DNA of 64,000 bases, from NCBI GenBank assembly GCA_038200305.1, contig JBBPYD010000153.1, positions 17,018-81,017 of the forward strand. Reading direction: 5' to 3'. Below are positions 9,173-18,906 of this stretch, piece after piece. The DNA comes from Bryobacterales bacterium (GTDB taxonomy: Bacteria > Acidobacteriota > Terriglobia > Bryobacterales > Bryobacteraceae). The position numbers and the translations under genes were made by a program. The notes beneath the pieces are model-generated. The model was not told the origin of the DNA, made no database searches, and was given only the letters and a program-made list of their open reading frames with translations. Each line of letters starts with the position of its first letter. The stretch's first letter is position 1.

Positions 9173-9463
9173 CTACCTTTCTGCCAGGCTCGAGTGGATG
9201 ATGCGAACCAGATCCTGTAATCTCTCACTCTCCGCGACTAGCACACGCCGGCCGAGCTTTGTTAGCCGGTAGCACCGGCGCAGCGCGTCATCCAGATCCG
9301 GAGTTGGCCGCTCGCCGGATTCTTCGATCAGCTCCGCGTCCATCAGCCGTTTGAGCGTTCCCTAAAGCGTAGCGGGCCAGAGCCGTACCTTGCCGCCCGT
9401 CCGGACCAGAACCTCCTGCATGATCCCGTAACCGTGCTGCCCCTCGTCCGCGAGCGACAACAA
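9173..9463 (-). pseudogene. PadR-family transcriptional regulator with in-frame TAG
   Basis: Manual minus-strand translation gives LLSLADEGQHGYGIMQEVLVRTGGKVRLWPATL*GTLKRLMDAELIEESGERP...YRLTKLGRRVLVAESERLQDLV. The TAG at 9362-9364 sits where PadR proteins have the conserved Tyr of the GTLY motif. Confidence 0.75.
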
Positions 9464-9548
9464 TGGACGCGTTGAAAACGGGGTTCTCAGGTTACTCGAA
9501 CGGAATCAGCTTCGGGATAATGCGAATCTCTGACGTGACGGCGGGGCG

Positions 9549-10901
9549 TCAACGCTTAGACGGAATCTTGGGCGCTTTCCCAGTCTTCTGGATCAGCTTC
9601 GTCAGAAGCTCCACCGCTTTATCGATCGGAAGAATATCGGCCACGATAATCGGCGTCCTTCCGCTCGCGTCTTGCGCATCCAGATCGGCCCCTTTATCCG
9701 CCAAAAACTGGATCACCTTGCAGATCTCCGGTTGGGTTGAAGACTGCATCGATCCCGTCACGGCGGCGTGCATCACGGTGTTCTTCCGCTCCGTCGTCGC
9801 CTGGATCTCCGGAGACAATTCGTATGCGTAACGTACGATCTCCACATGACCGCTGCTCGCTGCCGCCATCAGCAGCGTCGTACCGTCCTGAGCCTTGATC
9901 TTCGGGTCGGCGCCACCGGCAACCAACGCCCGCATCACGCTCTCGTGGTTCGCTCTCGCCGCGAAAAGCAGTGGTGTCTGTTCCCCGGCGGGCGCACGGA
10001 AGGGATTTGCGGCGGCCCTCCCACTGGCAGCCGCAGTCTTAGCCGTCCGCAGGTTTGGATTTGCACCTTTTCCAAACAGTTTCTGAACCAATTCCAGGTT
10101 GCCCGCCTGCGCCGCCAGGTGCAGCGCCGTATTGCCGCCGCGATCCGCAGCGTTTACGCCCGCGCCTTTATCCAGCAGAACTTCCGCAACCTCATTCTTC
10201 GCACCGGCAGCCGCGATCTGCAAAACACTTGTCCCGTTCGGCAAAGTGAAGCTTGGGTCCAAACCCGCTTCCACCAAGCTCAACACGGATTTCGCATCTC
10301 CTTTCTGAGCCGCGAAAACCAGAGGTGTGAATCCGGCCTTGGAAGCGGTCTTCGCATTCACCCCGGCATGGATCAGCACATCCACCACTTCGGAATGTCC
10401 TTCCGCGGCCGCCCACATCAACGCGTTCTGGCCTTTTCGCGATTCCACCGCGTCCACCTTCGCGCCGTACGCCAGCAGAAGTTTCACACCTTCCACGCTG
10501 CCCGAACGCGCCACGATCATCAGCGCGGTCTCGCCATTCCAGCGCGCGGCATTCGGGTCCGCATCTTTCTTAAGCAGCTTTTCGATAATGCCCGCGTTCC
10601 CGGTCGAACAAGCCAGCGTGAGAGGCGTCTCGCCATACTCGTCCGGCGTGTTCACCTTTGCCCCGGCCTTCACCAGCGCATCCACCGTGTCCGCCTGATC
10701 CAGGTACACAGCCCACGCAAGCGCGGTAGCGCCGTCAGGCTGCGGCGCGTTCACATCCACATGAGCACGGATCAGCGAGTCCACGACGTTGCGGTTCTGG
10801 TCCTTCACCGCCTCAATCAGCCGAAGATCTCCACTAGCCACGCACGGCCCCGCCAACATCACTGCTGAGAATCCGTATTGTGCAAGAACCCGAACGCGCA
10901 T
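9549..10901 (-). CDS. secreted ankyrin-repeat protein
   Basis: 450 aa. N-terminal hydrophobic signal-like segment. At least 10 repeats of the G.TALM.AA..GH..VV..LI..GA..N type. Confidence 0.85.
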   Translation of the reverse strand: MRVRVLAQYGFSAVMLAGPCVASGDLRLIEAVKDQNRNVVDSLIRAHVDVNAPQPDGATALAWAVYLDQADTVDALVKAGAKVNTPDEYGETPLTLACSTGNAGIIEKLLKKDADPNAARWNGETALMIVARSGSVEGVKLLLAYGAKVDAVESRKGQNALMWAAAEGHSEVVDVLIHAGVNAKTASKAGFTPLVFAAQKGDAKSVLSLVEAGLDPSFTLPNGTSVLQIAAAGAKNEVAEVLLDKGAGVNAADRGGNTALHLAAQAGNLELVQKLFGKGANPNLRTAKTAAASGRAAANPFRAPAGEQTPLLFAARANHESVMRALVAGGADPKIKAQDGTTLLMAAASSGHVEIVRYAYELSPEIQATTERKNTVMHAAVTGSMQSSTQPEICKVIQFLADKGADLDAQDASGRTPIIVADILPIDKAVELLTKLIQKTGKAPKIPSKR

Positions 10902-10910
10902 CTGCCCCCG

Positions 10911-12263
10911 CTACACGCCGGAGAGTTGATCCAGCTTCCCGGTACTGTCGCCCAGTGTTTCCGCCGGGATTCCCGCCTTGTCCAACATGGAAAGCAGCAG
11001 GTTGTTCATGGGCGTTTCTTCCGCATACCGGATGTGCCGCCCGCCCTTGATCTTGCCGGCTGCCCCGCCCACCAGCACCAGCGGCAGGTCGTGGTGCGTG
11101 TGAACATTGCCGTCGCCGATGCTGCTGCCGTACAGAATCATGGAGTGATCCAACAGCGTGCCATCGCCGTCCGGAGTAGAATCCAGTTTGTTCAACAGGT
11201 AAGCGAACGTCTTCACATGCAATTCGTCGATCTTTATCGTCTTGGCGATCTTTTCCGGATCGTTCTGATGATGGGTAACCGAGTGATGCCCGTCGGCAAC
11301 TCCGACCGACCGATAGCTTCGGTTGCTCCCTTCGCGCGCCATCATGAAGCTGATCACCCTGGTCATATCCGTCTGGAAAGCGATCACCATCAGATCGCTC
11401 ATGAGCTTCGCGTGCTCCTCGAACTCGTCGGGAATGCTGGACGGACGTTCTATCAGTGGCATCTTCATGGTGGCGCTCTGCTCTTCCGCCCGTTGAATGC
11501 GCCGTTCGATATCCCGAATTCCTTCCAGGTACTCGTCCAGCTTACTCTTGTCTCTCGCTCCCAATCCCGGTTGCAGCCGCGCAACATCCGCACGGACAAA
11601 ATCGAGAATACTCCGGTCTTCCTTCATCAACTTCAAACGAGCCGCCGGATCGGTGGTGTCGCCATCTCCGAACAGCCGTTCGAACACGGCTCGCGGATTG
11701 ATTTCCATCGGATTCGGCGTAGTCGGGGTGCGCCACGAAATCGTGTTCGTATACGCACAGCTATAGCCGGTGTCGCAGCTTCCAGCCAGAGTTGGCTCTT
11801 CCAAACCGATTTCAAGCGACGCAAGCTGCGTGCTCTTGCCCAGTTCCCTGGCGGCAATCTGATCCGCCGAGATCCCGGCTCGAATGTCCGATCCCTCGGT
11901 CCTCTTCGGGTGGACTCCGGTGAGCCAGCTCGCGCCCGCGCGCGCATGATCGCCCGCGCCATCGCCGAGCGCGCGGCCACCCACCTGAGCCAGATTGCTC
12001 AGCACCAGCATCTTCTCGCGGAATGCCTCCAGCGGTTTCATCGTCGAAGCAAATTCGTAGCCGGTTCCCACCTTCGATGGAAGCCACGCCTTCTGAATAA
12101 TCCCGTTGGGAACGTACACGAACCCCAAGCGGACCGCGGGCTTGGCTGTAAGCCGGGTCGCGGCCATTGCGGGCGCCATCGCGTCCAGCAGTGGCAGCGC
12201 TAATGTGGCGCCAATGCCCCGCAAAAACGTGCGGCGCGGCAGAGACTTTTTCGTGATGGTCAT
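10911..12263 (-). CDS. DUF1552 domain protein with twin-arginine signal
   Basis: 450 aa. Tat motif RRTFLRGIGATLALPLL. Typical partner of the upstream DUF1592-family protein. 4-nt overlap with it (12260-12263). Confidence 0.8.
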   Translation of the reverse strand: MTITKKSLPRRTFLRGIGATLALPLLDAMAPAMAATRLTAKPAVRLGFVYVPNGIIQKAWLPSKVGTGYEFASTMKPLEAFREKMLVLSNLAQVGGRALGDGAGDHARAGASWLTGVHPKRTEGSDIRAGISADQIAARELGKSTQLASLEIGLEEPTLAGSCDTGYSCAYTNTISWRTPTTPNPMEINPRAVFERLFGDGDTTDPAARLKLMKEDRSILDFVRADVARLQPGLGARDKSKLDEYLEGIRDIERRIQRAEEQSATMKMPLIERPSSIPDEFEEHAKLMSDLMVIAFQTDMTRVISFMMAREGSNRSYRSVGVADGHHSVTHHQNDPEKIAKTIKIDELHVKTFAYLLNKLDSTPDGDGTLLDHSMILYGSSIGDGNVHTHHDLPLVLVGGAAGKIKGGRHIRYAEETPMNNLLLSMLDKAGIPAETLGDSTGKLDQLSGV

Positions 12264-14611
12264 CGCTCTCGGGTTCTCCTCATTTGAAACTGCGGGCTCT
12301 TTACGACGGAACTGATAAGTGCGGGAATCGTGCTGTCTTGCGTGGCGGCATCCCGCATGATGGCGCGCATGGCCGGCCTGTCGTAAAATTCAAGCCCCCG
12401 GCCCAGGGCGTAAGTTAGAAGCTTTTCCGTGAATGTCGAAATGAACTCGTCGCGGTGGCCCGTCAGCAGCAGGTTCTTAAGCCCGCCCGGGCCTTGAAAC
12501 GTCGTGCCATCCGGCAGCTTCCCTGTCGCATCGATCGCACTGCCTGCGTCCTTGGCCCGCCACGCGCCCACGCCGTCATAATTCTCCAGTGAAAATCCAA
12601 TCGGATCCATGCGGGCGTGGCACGCCGCGCACGTAGGGTTCGCCCGGTGCTGTTCCATCTGCTGCCGCATTGTCAGCAGCTTCCCATCTTTCGCATGAGC
12701 TTCCAGAGCCGGAATATCCGGCGGTGGCGGCGGTGGGGGCGTTCCCAGTAAATTCTCAAGCACCCACTTGCCACGTTGCACCACTGAAGTCCGGTTCGGG
12801 TATGACGTCACTGTGAGGATACTACCTTGCCCCAGCAGCCCGCCCCGGTTCGGATCTTTCAACGAGACTCTGCGAAACTGCGAACCATAGATATTCCGGA
12901 TCCCGTAATGCCCGGCCAAACGCTGATTCAGATAGGTGAAATCGGCGCTCAACAAATCCGTCACAGGACGGTTCTCACGCATCACAGCTTCAAAAAACAG
13001 TTCCGTCTCGCGCTGGAAAGACTGCCGCAAGCTAGAATCAAACTCGGGAAACGACTCCTGATCGGGCCTCACCTGCGCCAGATTGCGAAGATAGAGCCAC
13101 TGGCCCGCAAAATTGGTGACGAACGCCTTCGACCGGCGGTCCTCCAGCATCCGGTATACCTGGGTCGAGAGAATAGCCGGATCCTTTAACTTGCCCTGTT
13201 CGGCAACACGAAGAAGCTCATCGTCGGGAATGCTGCTCCACAGGAAAAACGAAAGCCTCGATGCCAGTTCGAAATCGTCCACCCGGTGTACGGTTCCTGG
13301 CGCACTCTCCGCCGGATCCCGCTCCATGCGAAACAAAAATCCCGGGGCGACCAGCATCGCCCGAATCGCCGTTTTAATCCCGTTATCAAAGCTGCCTTCG
13401 CCACGGCCGGCGCGATAGAAGGCGAGTAGCGGCTTCAGATCCGCGTCGGTAAATGTCCTGCGGTAGGCACGGCGCCCCAGCGTGGAAATGATCTTCCGGG
13501 CGCAGGGCTCTTCCTCCTTAGCCATCCCCGGATTGCACACGAAAATCTTCTTCCGGCTTGGCGTTTCCCCCGGACCCTGAATATTGTAAGGGCCGGAAAT
13601 GGTAACGCTGGAGAACCGTGGGGCAGCGCCTAGCTGCGGCACATCATATAATTTCAACCGCGCTCCGTCCAGGCGCAAGTCCATCTTCGCCATCAATGGC
13701 GCACCAGCGCCCGCCGCGCCAACCGGTCCGCCGCCACCTCGGCGTCCACTGCTGGCAAGCACTTCCGGCACCGTGTTCTCACTCAAAAAAGTGACGCCCA
13801 CCATCCGCGTCCCCGCCTTCACCACCTGGCGGAATTCGAGAATTTGCGGTTCTGGCGCTATTCCGTCAAATGCAGCCTGGACAGGCATCTTGATCTTGAT
13901 CGCGTACTCCGCATCCACCGGGAAATGATATGGAATCGACAGGCCCCCGGCGGAATCGAAAGGCAAATCGTCGCTTACCCGCCCACGTCCCCCAGCCGGC
14001 AGCACGGCGCTTCTTTGCGGTTCCCTGGGCAGCGCGAATTCATTCACTTCCGGTTTGACACTGGTCTCGCCCACCGCGAGGCGGCTCACCATGCGCGCCA
14101 CCGACATGTACCGCTCAATCAGGATTGGCGACATCGACAGCACATCGCCGATGTTGTCGAACCCATAACCGGTGTCGTCGGCCGGAAGCCTCGATCCAGG
14201 CTTGATATCTAATGCCAACAGATCGCGGATGGCGTTGCTGTACTCGGCTCTGTTGAGGCGGTGAATGGTGGGGTGCCCGGGATTCGGATTTGCCGCCGCG
14301 GCACGGTCCAGTTCGTCGGCCAGTAACTTGGTGAATGCAGCCGATGCTGAAGACGAAGGGTGCGGCAGGCCGGCCGGAGGCATCTGGCCGGCCCCGACTT
14401 TGCGCAGAACCTTTTCCCAGACCACGGCATTTTCACCGATGTTCGCCAAATCCAGCCCGTCCAGCGACACTCCGGCTGTACTCAGCTTTTTGTTATGACA
14501 GCCAACGCAATACTGCTGGATCAGCGCGCGAGACGAAGGTACGGTTACCGCCTGCTGGGCGAAGGCCAGCGGCCCCGCGATCATCGCAATCGAAAACAGA
14601 TTTCCGCGCAT
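12260..14611 (-). CDS. DUF1587/DUF1592/DUF1595/DUF1588/DUF1585-type protein with cytochrome-c-like CxxCH motifs
   Basis: 783 aa. Signal peptide. CVGCH near the N-terminus and CAACHARMDPIGF near the C-terminus. This architecture is characteristic of the Planctomycetes/Acidobacteria family. Confidence 0.8.
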   Translation of the reverse strand: MRGNLFSIAMIAGPLAFAQQAVTVPSSRALIQQYCVGCHNKKLSTAGVSLDGLDLANIGENAVVWEKVLRKVGAGQMPPAGLPHPSSSASAAFTKLLADELDRAAAANPNPGHPTIHRLNRAEYSNAIRDLLALDIKPGSRLPADDTGYGFDNIGDVLSMSPILIERYMSVARMVSRLAVGETSVKPEVNEFALPREPQRSAVLPAGGRGRVSDDLPFDSAGGLSIPYHFPVDAEYAIKIKMPVQAAFDGIAPEPQILEFRQVVKAGTRMVGVTFLSENTVPEVLASSGRRGGGGPVGAAGAGAPLMAKMDLRLDGARLKLYDVPQLGAAPRFSSVTISGPYNIQGPGETPSRKKIFVCNPGMAKEEEPCARKIISTLGRRAYRRTFTDADLKPLLAFYRAGRGEGSFDNGIKTAIRAMLVAPGFLFRMERDPAESAPGTVHRVDDFELASRLSFFLWSSIPDDELLRVAEQGKLKDPAILSTQVYRMLEDRRSKAFVTNFAGQWLYLRNLAQVRPDQESFPEFDSSLRQSFQRETELFFEAVMRENRPVTDLLSADFTYLNQRLAGHYGIRNIYGSQFRRVSLKDPNRGGLLGQGSILTVTSYPNRTSVVQRGKWVLENLLGTPPPPPPPDIPALEAHAKDGKLLTMRQQMEQHRANPTCAACHARMDPIGFSLENYDGVGAWRAKDAGSAIDATGKLPDGTTFQGPGGLKNLLLTGHRDEFISTFTEKLLTYALGRGLEFYDRPAMRAIMRDAATQDSTIPALISSVVKSPQFQMRRTRER

Positions 14612-14720
14612 TATTCCCCAGTTTGTAGGCGTCTTGGTGAAACATCCTGGTTACCAGGACACACCAAGATTATATAAGGTTTTACGTTCACCCACACCCA
14701 AAGGACGCGTCGGCCGCAGT

Positions 14721-16466
14721 CTACAAGCGCGGCGCAGGCGGCTTCACGGCGGTCCATGGAAACACACCTTTGCTCCGAAGCTGCCGTCGATAGACCTTGT
14801 CGCCGTTGGTCACGTAGAGAGTATGCAGGTCCGCACCGCCGAAGACGGCATTCGATAGCCGTTGGTTTTGCGGCTTGCGGATGATGCCGACCACCCGGCC
14901 CGCCTGATCGCAAATTTGGACACCCATCTTTGTCGCCACATATAAATAGCCGTCGGCATCGACCGTCATGCCGTCCGCGCCGCTGCCAGTAGACTCATCG
15001 GAAATTTCCAGCAGATAGAACGGAAGGCCATTGGCCAGAGAGCCGTCGGACTGCACTTGGAACGACCACACTGCCTTGCCCTGCGTGTCGGCAACCGAAA
15101 GAAGCGCCTGGTCCGGTGAGAGGCGAACCCCGTTCGGAAATGTGATGCCTTCATGCACCACGCGCTTGGCGCCCTTCGCATCGATGAACCAGACCCGCTT
15201 GGTTGGAGGCTCACTGAAGTAGATTTCATTACGCACATTCACCACCAGATCGTTCGAGTTCACCCCTTCGGCGATGGTGGATTCCGTCCCGTCCGGCGCA
15301 TAGGCTACAATCTTCTTCCGGCCATTTTGGCAAGCGTATAGCCGCCCATCGGGGCCGAACATCAGCCCATTGGCTCCGCCGCTGTCTTCCTTGAATACGG
15401 TCACTTTCCCGTCGAGTCCGATCTTGTGAATACGATTGTTCGGAATATCGGAGAAGAACACATTCCCCTGCTTATCTACAGCCGGTCCTTCCGTATACTT
15501 ATAGCCCTCTCCCACCAGCTCCCAATCCTTGCCGGATTCCAGAAAGCTGGTGATATTCCTTTCAACAACCGCGGTCGATTTCGCAATAGGCTTTGGGTAT
15601 TCGCGCCACAGCCACCGCAGCGCATCGGGTAGAATCGCGGAGCCGTGCTTACCGTTGTGGCCTTCGGTGCCGACGACAAACGTAGAGTCATAGCCGGCAT
15701 ACTTGAGCGCGGATGCCATATCCTGATTGCCGATATACCAGTTGCCACTGTAGATATTCTGGTCATTGCTGCCATCTTGCAGGAAGACGCGAAGCGGCAG
15801 AGGCTCGGTTTTACGAATCAGCGAAGAGAGAATCTCACCGCCCCGCAGGTTCGTGTAACTGCCGATGAAGCTGAGCACGCGCCGAAACGAATCCGGACGG
15901 TTCCATGCCCCGGCGAACGAAGCGATGCCGCCAGAGCTGGATCCAGCCAGCCCACGGTCGTTCGGGTTTTTGGAAATGTTGTACTGCTTGCCGACTTCGG
16001 GCAGAATCTCATCCAATAGGAAGCGGGCATAAGCGTCGGTGATGGAATCGTATTCGAAACTCCGGTTGAAGCGTGGCTGCTGGTCCTTTGAGAGCGCCGG
16101 CAACACACCCGGATTGATGAACACGCCGATGGTGACCGGCATATCGCCCTTCTGGATCAAATTGTCGAACACGACGGGCGCATGCCAAGTGCCCCTCTCG
16201 CTCACAAATCCGCCGCCGTCCTGGAAAACCATCAGGCACGCGGGCTTGTCCGCCTTATACTGTGCGGGAACGTAAATCCAGTAATCGCGGACAGTGCCAG
16301 GAAAGATTTTGCTGGTCCAGGTATGCTGCGCCACCGTGCCTTTCGGGACATTCGCCTGCGGCTGGGAATCCGGGCCAATCTTGTATTCTTCCGCCCAGGC
16401 AAGGGAGCTCGCCGCAAGCAGAACGATGCTGAGTAGTGTGATGATCCGTGGCATGACTTCAAACAT
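14721..16466 (-). CDS. fusion protein: esterase (alpha/beta hydrolase, enterochelin-esterase/esterase-D-like) + SMP-30/gluconolactonase/LRE-like beta-propeller
   Basis: Signal peptide from ATG 16466 (MFEVMPRIITLLSIVLLAASSLAWA). Nucleophile elbow GSSSGG. The C-terminal half has YTEGPAVDKQGNVFFSD, NGLMFGPDGRLYAC and PNGVRLSPD, typical of SMP-30/LRE propellers. Confidence 0.8.
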   Translation of the reverse strand: MFEVMPRIITLLSIVLLAASSLAWAEEYKIGPDSQPQANVPKGTVAQHTWTSKIFPGTVRDYWIYVPAQYKADKPACLMVFQDGGGFVSERGTWHAPVVFDNLIQKGDMPVTIGVFINPGVLPALSKDQQPRFNRSFEYDSITDAYARFLLDEILPEVGKQYNISKNPNDRGLAGSSSGGIASFAGAWNRPDSFRRVLSFIGSYTNLRGGEILSSLIRKTEPLPLRVFLQDGSNDQNIYSGNWYIGNQDMASALKYAGYDSTFVVGTEGHNGKHGSAILPDALRWLWREYPKPIAKSTAVVERNITSFLESGKDWELVGEGYKYTEGPAVDKQGNVFFSDIPNNRIHKIGLDGKVTVFKEDSGGANGLMFGPDGRLYACQNGRKKIVAYAPDGTESTIAEGVNSNDLVVNVRNEIYFSEPPTKRVWFIDAKGAKRVVHEGITFPNGVRLSPDQALLSVADTQGKAVWSFQVQSDGSLANGLPFYLLEISDESTGSGADGMTVDADGYLYVATKMGVQICDQAGRVVGIIRKPQNQRLSNAVFGGADLHTLYVTNGDKVYRRQLRSKGVFPWTAVKPPAPRL

Positions 16467-16528
16467 GCTACACCAGAACCGGACCTGCCGCTGTTTGCCG
16501 CTTGCAGATCCGAATTCCCGCGATTGGA

Positions 16529-17539
16529 TCATTTTCGAATCGCGGAAATCTTGTTTCGGTTCCGCTCTTCCACTTCCTTAACCTCTTTGAAGCGGTTCAT
16601 TTCCGCCTGTGCCTCTTCATTCCGCCCGCTGGATCGGAGCAACAGACTAAGACGGTAGTGCACTTCAGAGATGCCCGGGTCCAGTTGGATCGCGCGGCGG
16701 AGCACGGCTTCGGCACGCGCGGTCTGTTGACGCGCTACCAAAAGAAGTCCCAGGATAGAAAGTGCGTGAGCTTCGGGACAGACCTTCTCGGATTCTTCCA
16801 GCACCGCCAGCGCTTCGGTGTCGTTTCCCAACACCCTCAAGATTTTTGCGTAGCTGAGATACGCCCATGCGTAGGGGGCCTTCTGCAGTTTGCTTTGGCG
16901 AATCGCTTCGCGGTAAAGGCGCAAAGCGGTATCGTTGTCGGCCAACTGTTCCGAACACAATCCAAGATAGGTCATCGCGCTGAAATGAGCCGGCGCCAGG
17001 CGCAATGTTTCCCGAAGCCAGACCGCTGCTTCATTCGGAAAATCGGCTTCGTAAAACAGCCTGCCGAGGTAGTAGGTGGTCTGCGCATCGCGCGGATTGA
17101 GTTTGTTCGCCGCGATCCAGGCACGATAGGCCGCATCGTGATCCCGAAGTTCCAGCTCGATTTCGCCCTGAGTCCGTAAGGCTTCGTAAGACTTTGGGGA
17201 AAGATGGAGGGCGCGCTGAATGGAAGTGCGCGCTTCGGGAAACTGCTTCTGGAGCAATTGCGCCCGGCTGAGCCAGTACCAGCCGTTTGCATCGGAAGGT
17301 TGCGCCGAGACGTAGGCGAGCAGGCGGACCGATGCTTCCGGCCAGCGGTCAAGCTTTGCGAGGCAGACGCCCCGGTAGAAATCACGCGCCGGCTTAGCTT
17401 CGCCGGCTTTCTCAGATGCGCTGAATTCATCAAGGGCTGCCCGAAGACTGCCGCCACGATAGAGAGAAAGCCCCGCTTCAAATCTGGAAGTCTGGGCTAA
17501 AGCGGGGGCAATTGCAATAAGCAGTAGCAAAGTCCGCAC
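16529..17539 (-). CDS. tetratricopeptide (TPR) repeat protein, secreted
   Basis: 336 aa. Signal peptide MRTLLLLIAIAPALAQ. Repeated A..Y..A....P motifs. Confidence 0.8.
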   Translation of the reverse strand: MRTLLLLIAIAPALAQTSRFEAGLSLYRGGSLRAALDEFSASEKAGEAKPARDFYRGVCLAKLDRWPEASVRLLAYVSAQPSDANGWYWLSRAQLLQKQFPEARTSIQRALHLSPKSYEALRTQGEIELELRDHDAAYRAWIAANKLNPRDAQTTYYLGRLFYEADFPNEAAVWLRETLRLAPAHFSAMTYLGLCSEQLADNDTALRLYREAIRQSKLQKAPYAWAYLSYAKILRVLGNDTEALAVLEESEKVCPEAHALSILGLLLVARQQTARAEAVLRRAIQLDPGISEVHYRLSLLLRSSGRNEEAQAEMNRFKEVKEVEERNRNKISAIRK

Positions 17540-18894
17540 TATGGCACCGCGCTCAGAAGCGCACCCTCGGGCGAAGCCAGCCGAAGCACGGTCTTGCCGG
17601 TTTTGAGAGCCTCGGCATTGAGCTGCGTCCCGAGCGCGCGTTCCTTTTCGGCCTGCTCCATGAGATGCAACCGGAAGAGCACAGTCGAAAGTTTGTAGTG
17701 GGCCGCGCCGAAGCCTGGGTCACTCTGAATCGCGGTCTCGAAACGCGCCCGCGCTCCGTTGAGATCGCCCCGCTTCAGCAAAACATCCCCGTAAGCGGCA
17801 TTGGCTTTCGCATGGTGCGGCTCTTGTTCCAATACAGTGCGCAAGAGCGTCTCCGCTGAATCGAGCCGGCCTTCGTCTAAATCGAGTTGAGCGAGTTCGT
17901 ACCGCGGATCGGCGGAGTTGGCCGCCAGGTTCAGGCAATGCTCCAGTTTCTCTCTCGCCTCTGTCCTCCGGTTCAGCTTAATGTCAAGCCAACCTAAAGC
18001 GTAGTACGTATCGGCGAAGTTCGGGACACGCCGGGCGAACTCGCTGAAGAGGCGGTAAGCCTTCTGCCATTGCTGAACGCCGATCTGGGCGCGCGCGTAA
18101 AAGTACAAGGCAGCGTTGTTAGACGGCGCCAGATTGTAGGCGTGCTCCAACGCCGCCAGCGCATCGATCGTCAAATCGCGCCGTAAACATACGGCTCCAA
18201 AGTGGACGAGCGTGCCGATATCGCTGGGGTGCGCCTGTTTGGCGCGAAGCAGAAAACTGAGGGCCTTTTCATCGAGCTTTTGCGTTTCGGCGGCGGATGC
18301 GGCTCCATTCAAACCGCGAAGGTCGTCCGGGGCCAATGCCAGCGCGCGCGAGAAGCTGCTCTCTGCCGCGGCCGGATTTTGGGGTAGTTCCGCCAAACCG
18401 CGTTCATCCCAGTAATCGGGGTAACTCGATAGCGCGGCTTCGAGGCCCTTCAAGTCAGTTAACGCTTGCTCGCGTTCTCCCGTGCGAATTCTGGCGGCGG
18501 CGAGGCTAAAAGCCACTCCGGCGTTCTTGCTGCCGAGCGATAGAGCCTTCGCGAGATACGATTTCGCATCGGCATAGCGATCCTGGCGATAGTAAAAAAA
18601 ACCGAGATTCTCATTCAAAGAAACGGAATCGGGCGAGATCTTCAAGCCGCGCTCGAAAGCATCCTGCGCAGAAGCCGTTCTGCCAAGCTCGCCTTCTGAG
18701 ATGCCGAACAAGTTCCAGAGCCGGACATCTTTTGGATAGAGCTGCACCGAGCGGCTGAGCACCGAGGATGCCGCGTTGAAGTCGCGAGCTTCGATACGAT
18801 GGGTTGCTTCCTCTATCACCGCTTCAAGCTTTTGCTGGCCCGCTAAGCCGAAACAGGCGAGCAGAAGCAGAAGCACATCGGGATGAAGGCGCAT
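17539..18894 (-). CDS. tetratricopeptide (TPR) repeat protein, secreted
   Basis: 451 aa. Signal peptide. Many TPR units. 1-nt overlap with the downstream TPR gene. Confidence 0.8.
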   Translation of the reverse strand: MRLHPDVLLLLLACFGLAGQQKLEAVIEEATHRIEARDFNAASSVLSRSVQLYPKDVRLWNLFGISEGELGRTASAQDAFERGLKISPDSVSLNENLGFFYYRQDRYADAKSYLAKALSLGSKNAGVAFSLAAARIRTGEREQALTDLKGLEAALSSYPDYWDERGLAELPQNPAAAESSFSRALALAPDDLRGLNGAASAAETQKLDEKALSFLLRAKQAHPSDIGTLVHFGAVCLRRDLTIDALAALEHAYNLAPSNNAALYFYARAQIGVQQWQKAYRLFSEFARRVPNFADTYYALGWLDIKLNRRTEAREKLEHCLNLAANSADPRYELAQLDLDEGRLDSAETLLRTVLEQEPHHAKANAAYGDVLLKRGDLNGARARFETAIQSDPGFGAAHYKLSTVLFRLHLMEQAEKERALGTQLNAEALKTGKTVLRLASPEGALLSAVP

Positions 18895-18906
18895 ATCGGG
18901 TAGAGC

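Noticed and set aside
5459-9364. Two in-frame TAG codons in regulators (sigma 5459-5461, PadR 9362-9364) as possible amber recoding (pyrrolysine or a suppressor).
   Set aside because: TAG is used as the ordinary terminator of several intact genes in the window (for example 598-600, 1801-1803, 3740-3742). I saw no pyl genes. Both TAGs are one substitution away from the expected sense codon (CAG, TAY). Simple nonsense mutations explain them.
9768-12203. Very long plus-strand ORFs (9768-10868, 366 aa; 10878-12203, 441 aa). Similar antisense ORFs occur elsewhere: 47017-48297 +, 52429-53526 -, 53532-54701 -, 49587-50366 -, 50394-51254 -, 24406-25305 -.
   Set aside because: Each lies antisense to a gene with a clearly recognisable product (ankyrin, DUF1552, cas3, NRAMP-like, aroA, gatB, MgtE-like, GH51). 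Their translations are Arg/Pro/Gly-rich low-complexity strings, typical of shadow ORFs in high-GC DNA.
14628-14667. Nested inverted repeat (cttggtg...cctggt t accagg...caccaag) between the esterase gene and the DUF1592-family gene, as a regulatory RNA.
   Set aside because: The stems are short, there is no U-tract, and I could not assess conservation. It could be a weak terminator for the upstream operon. The evidence is not strong enough to report as a feature.
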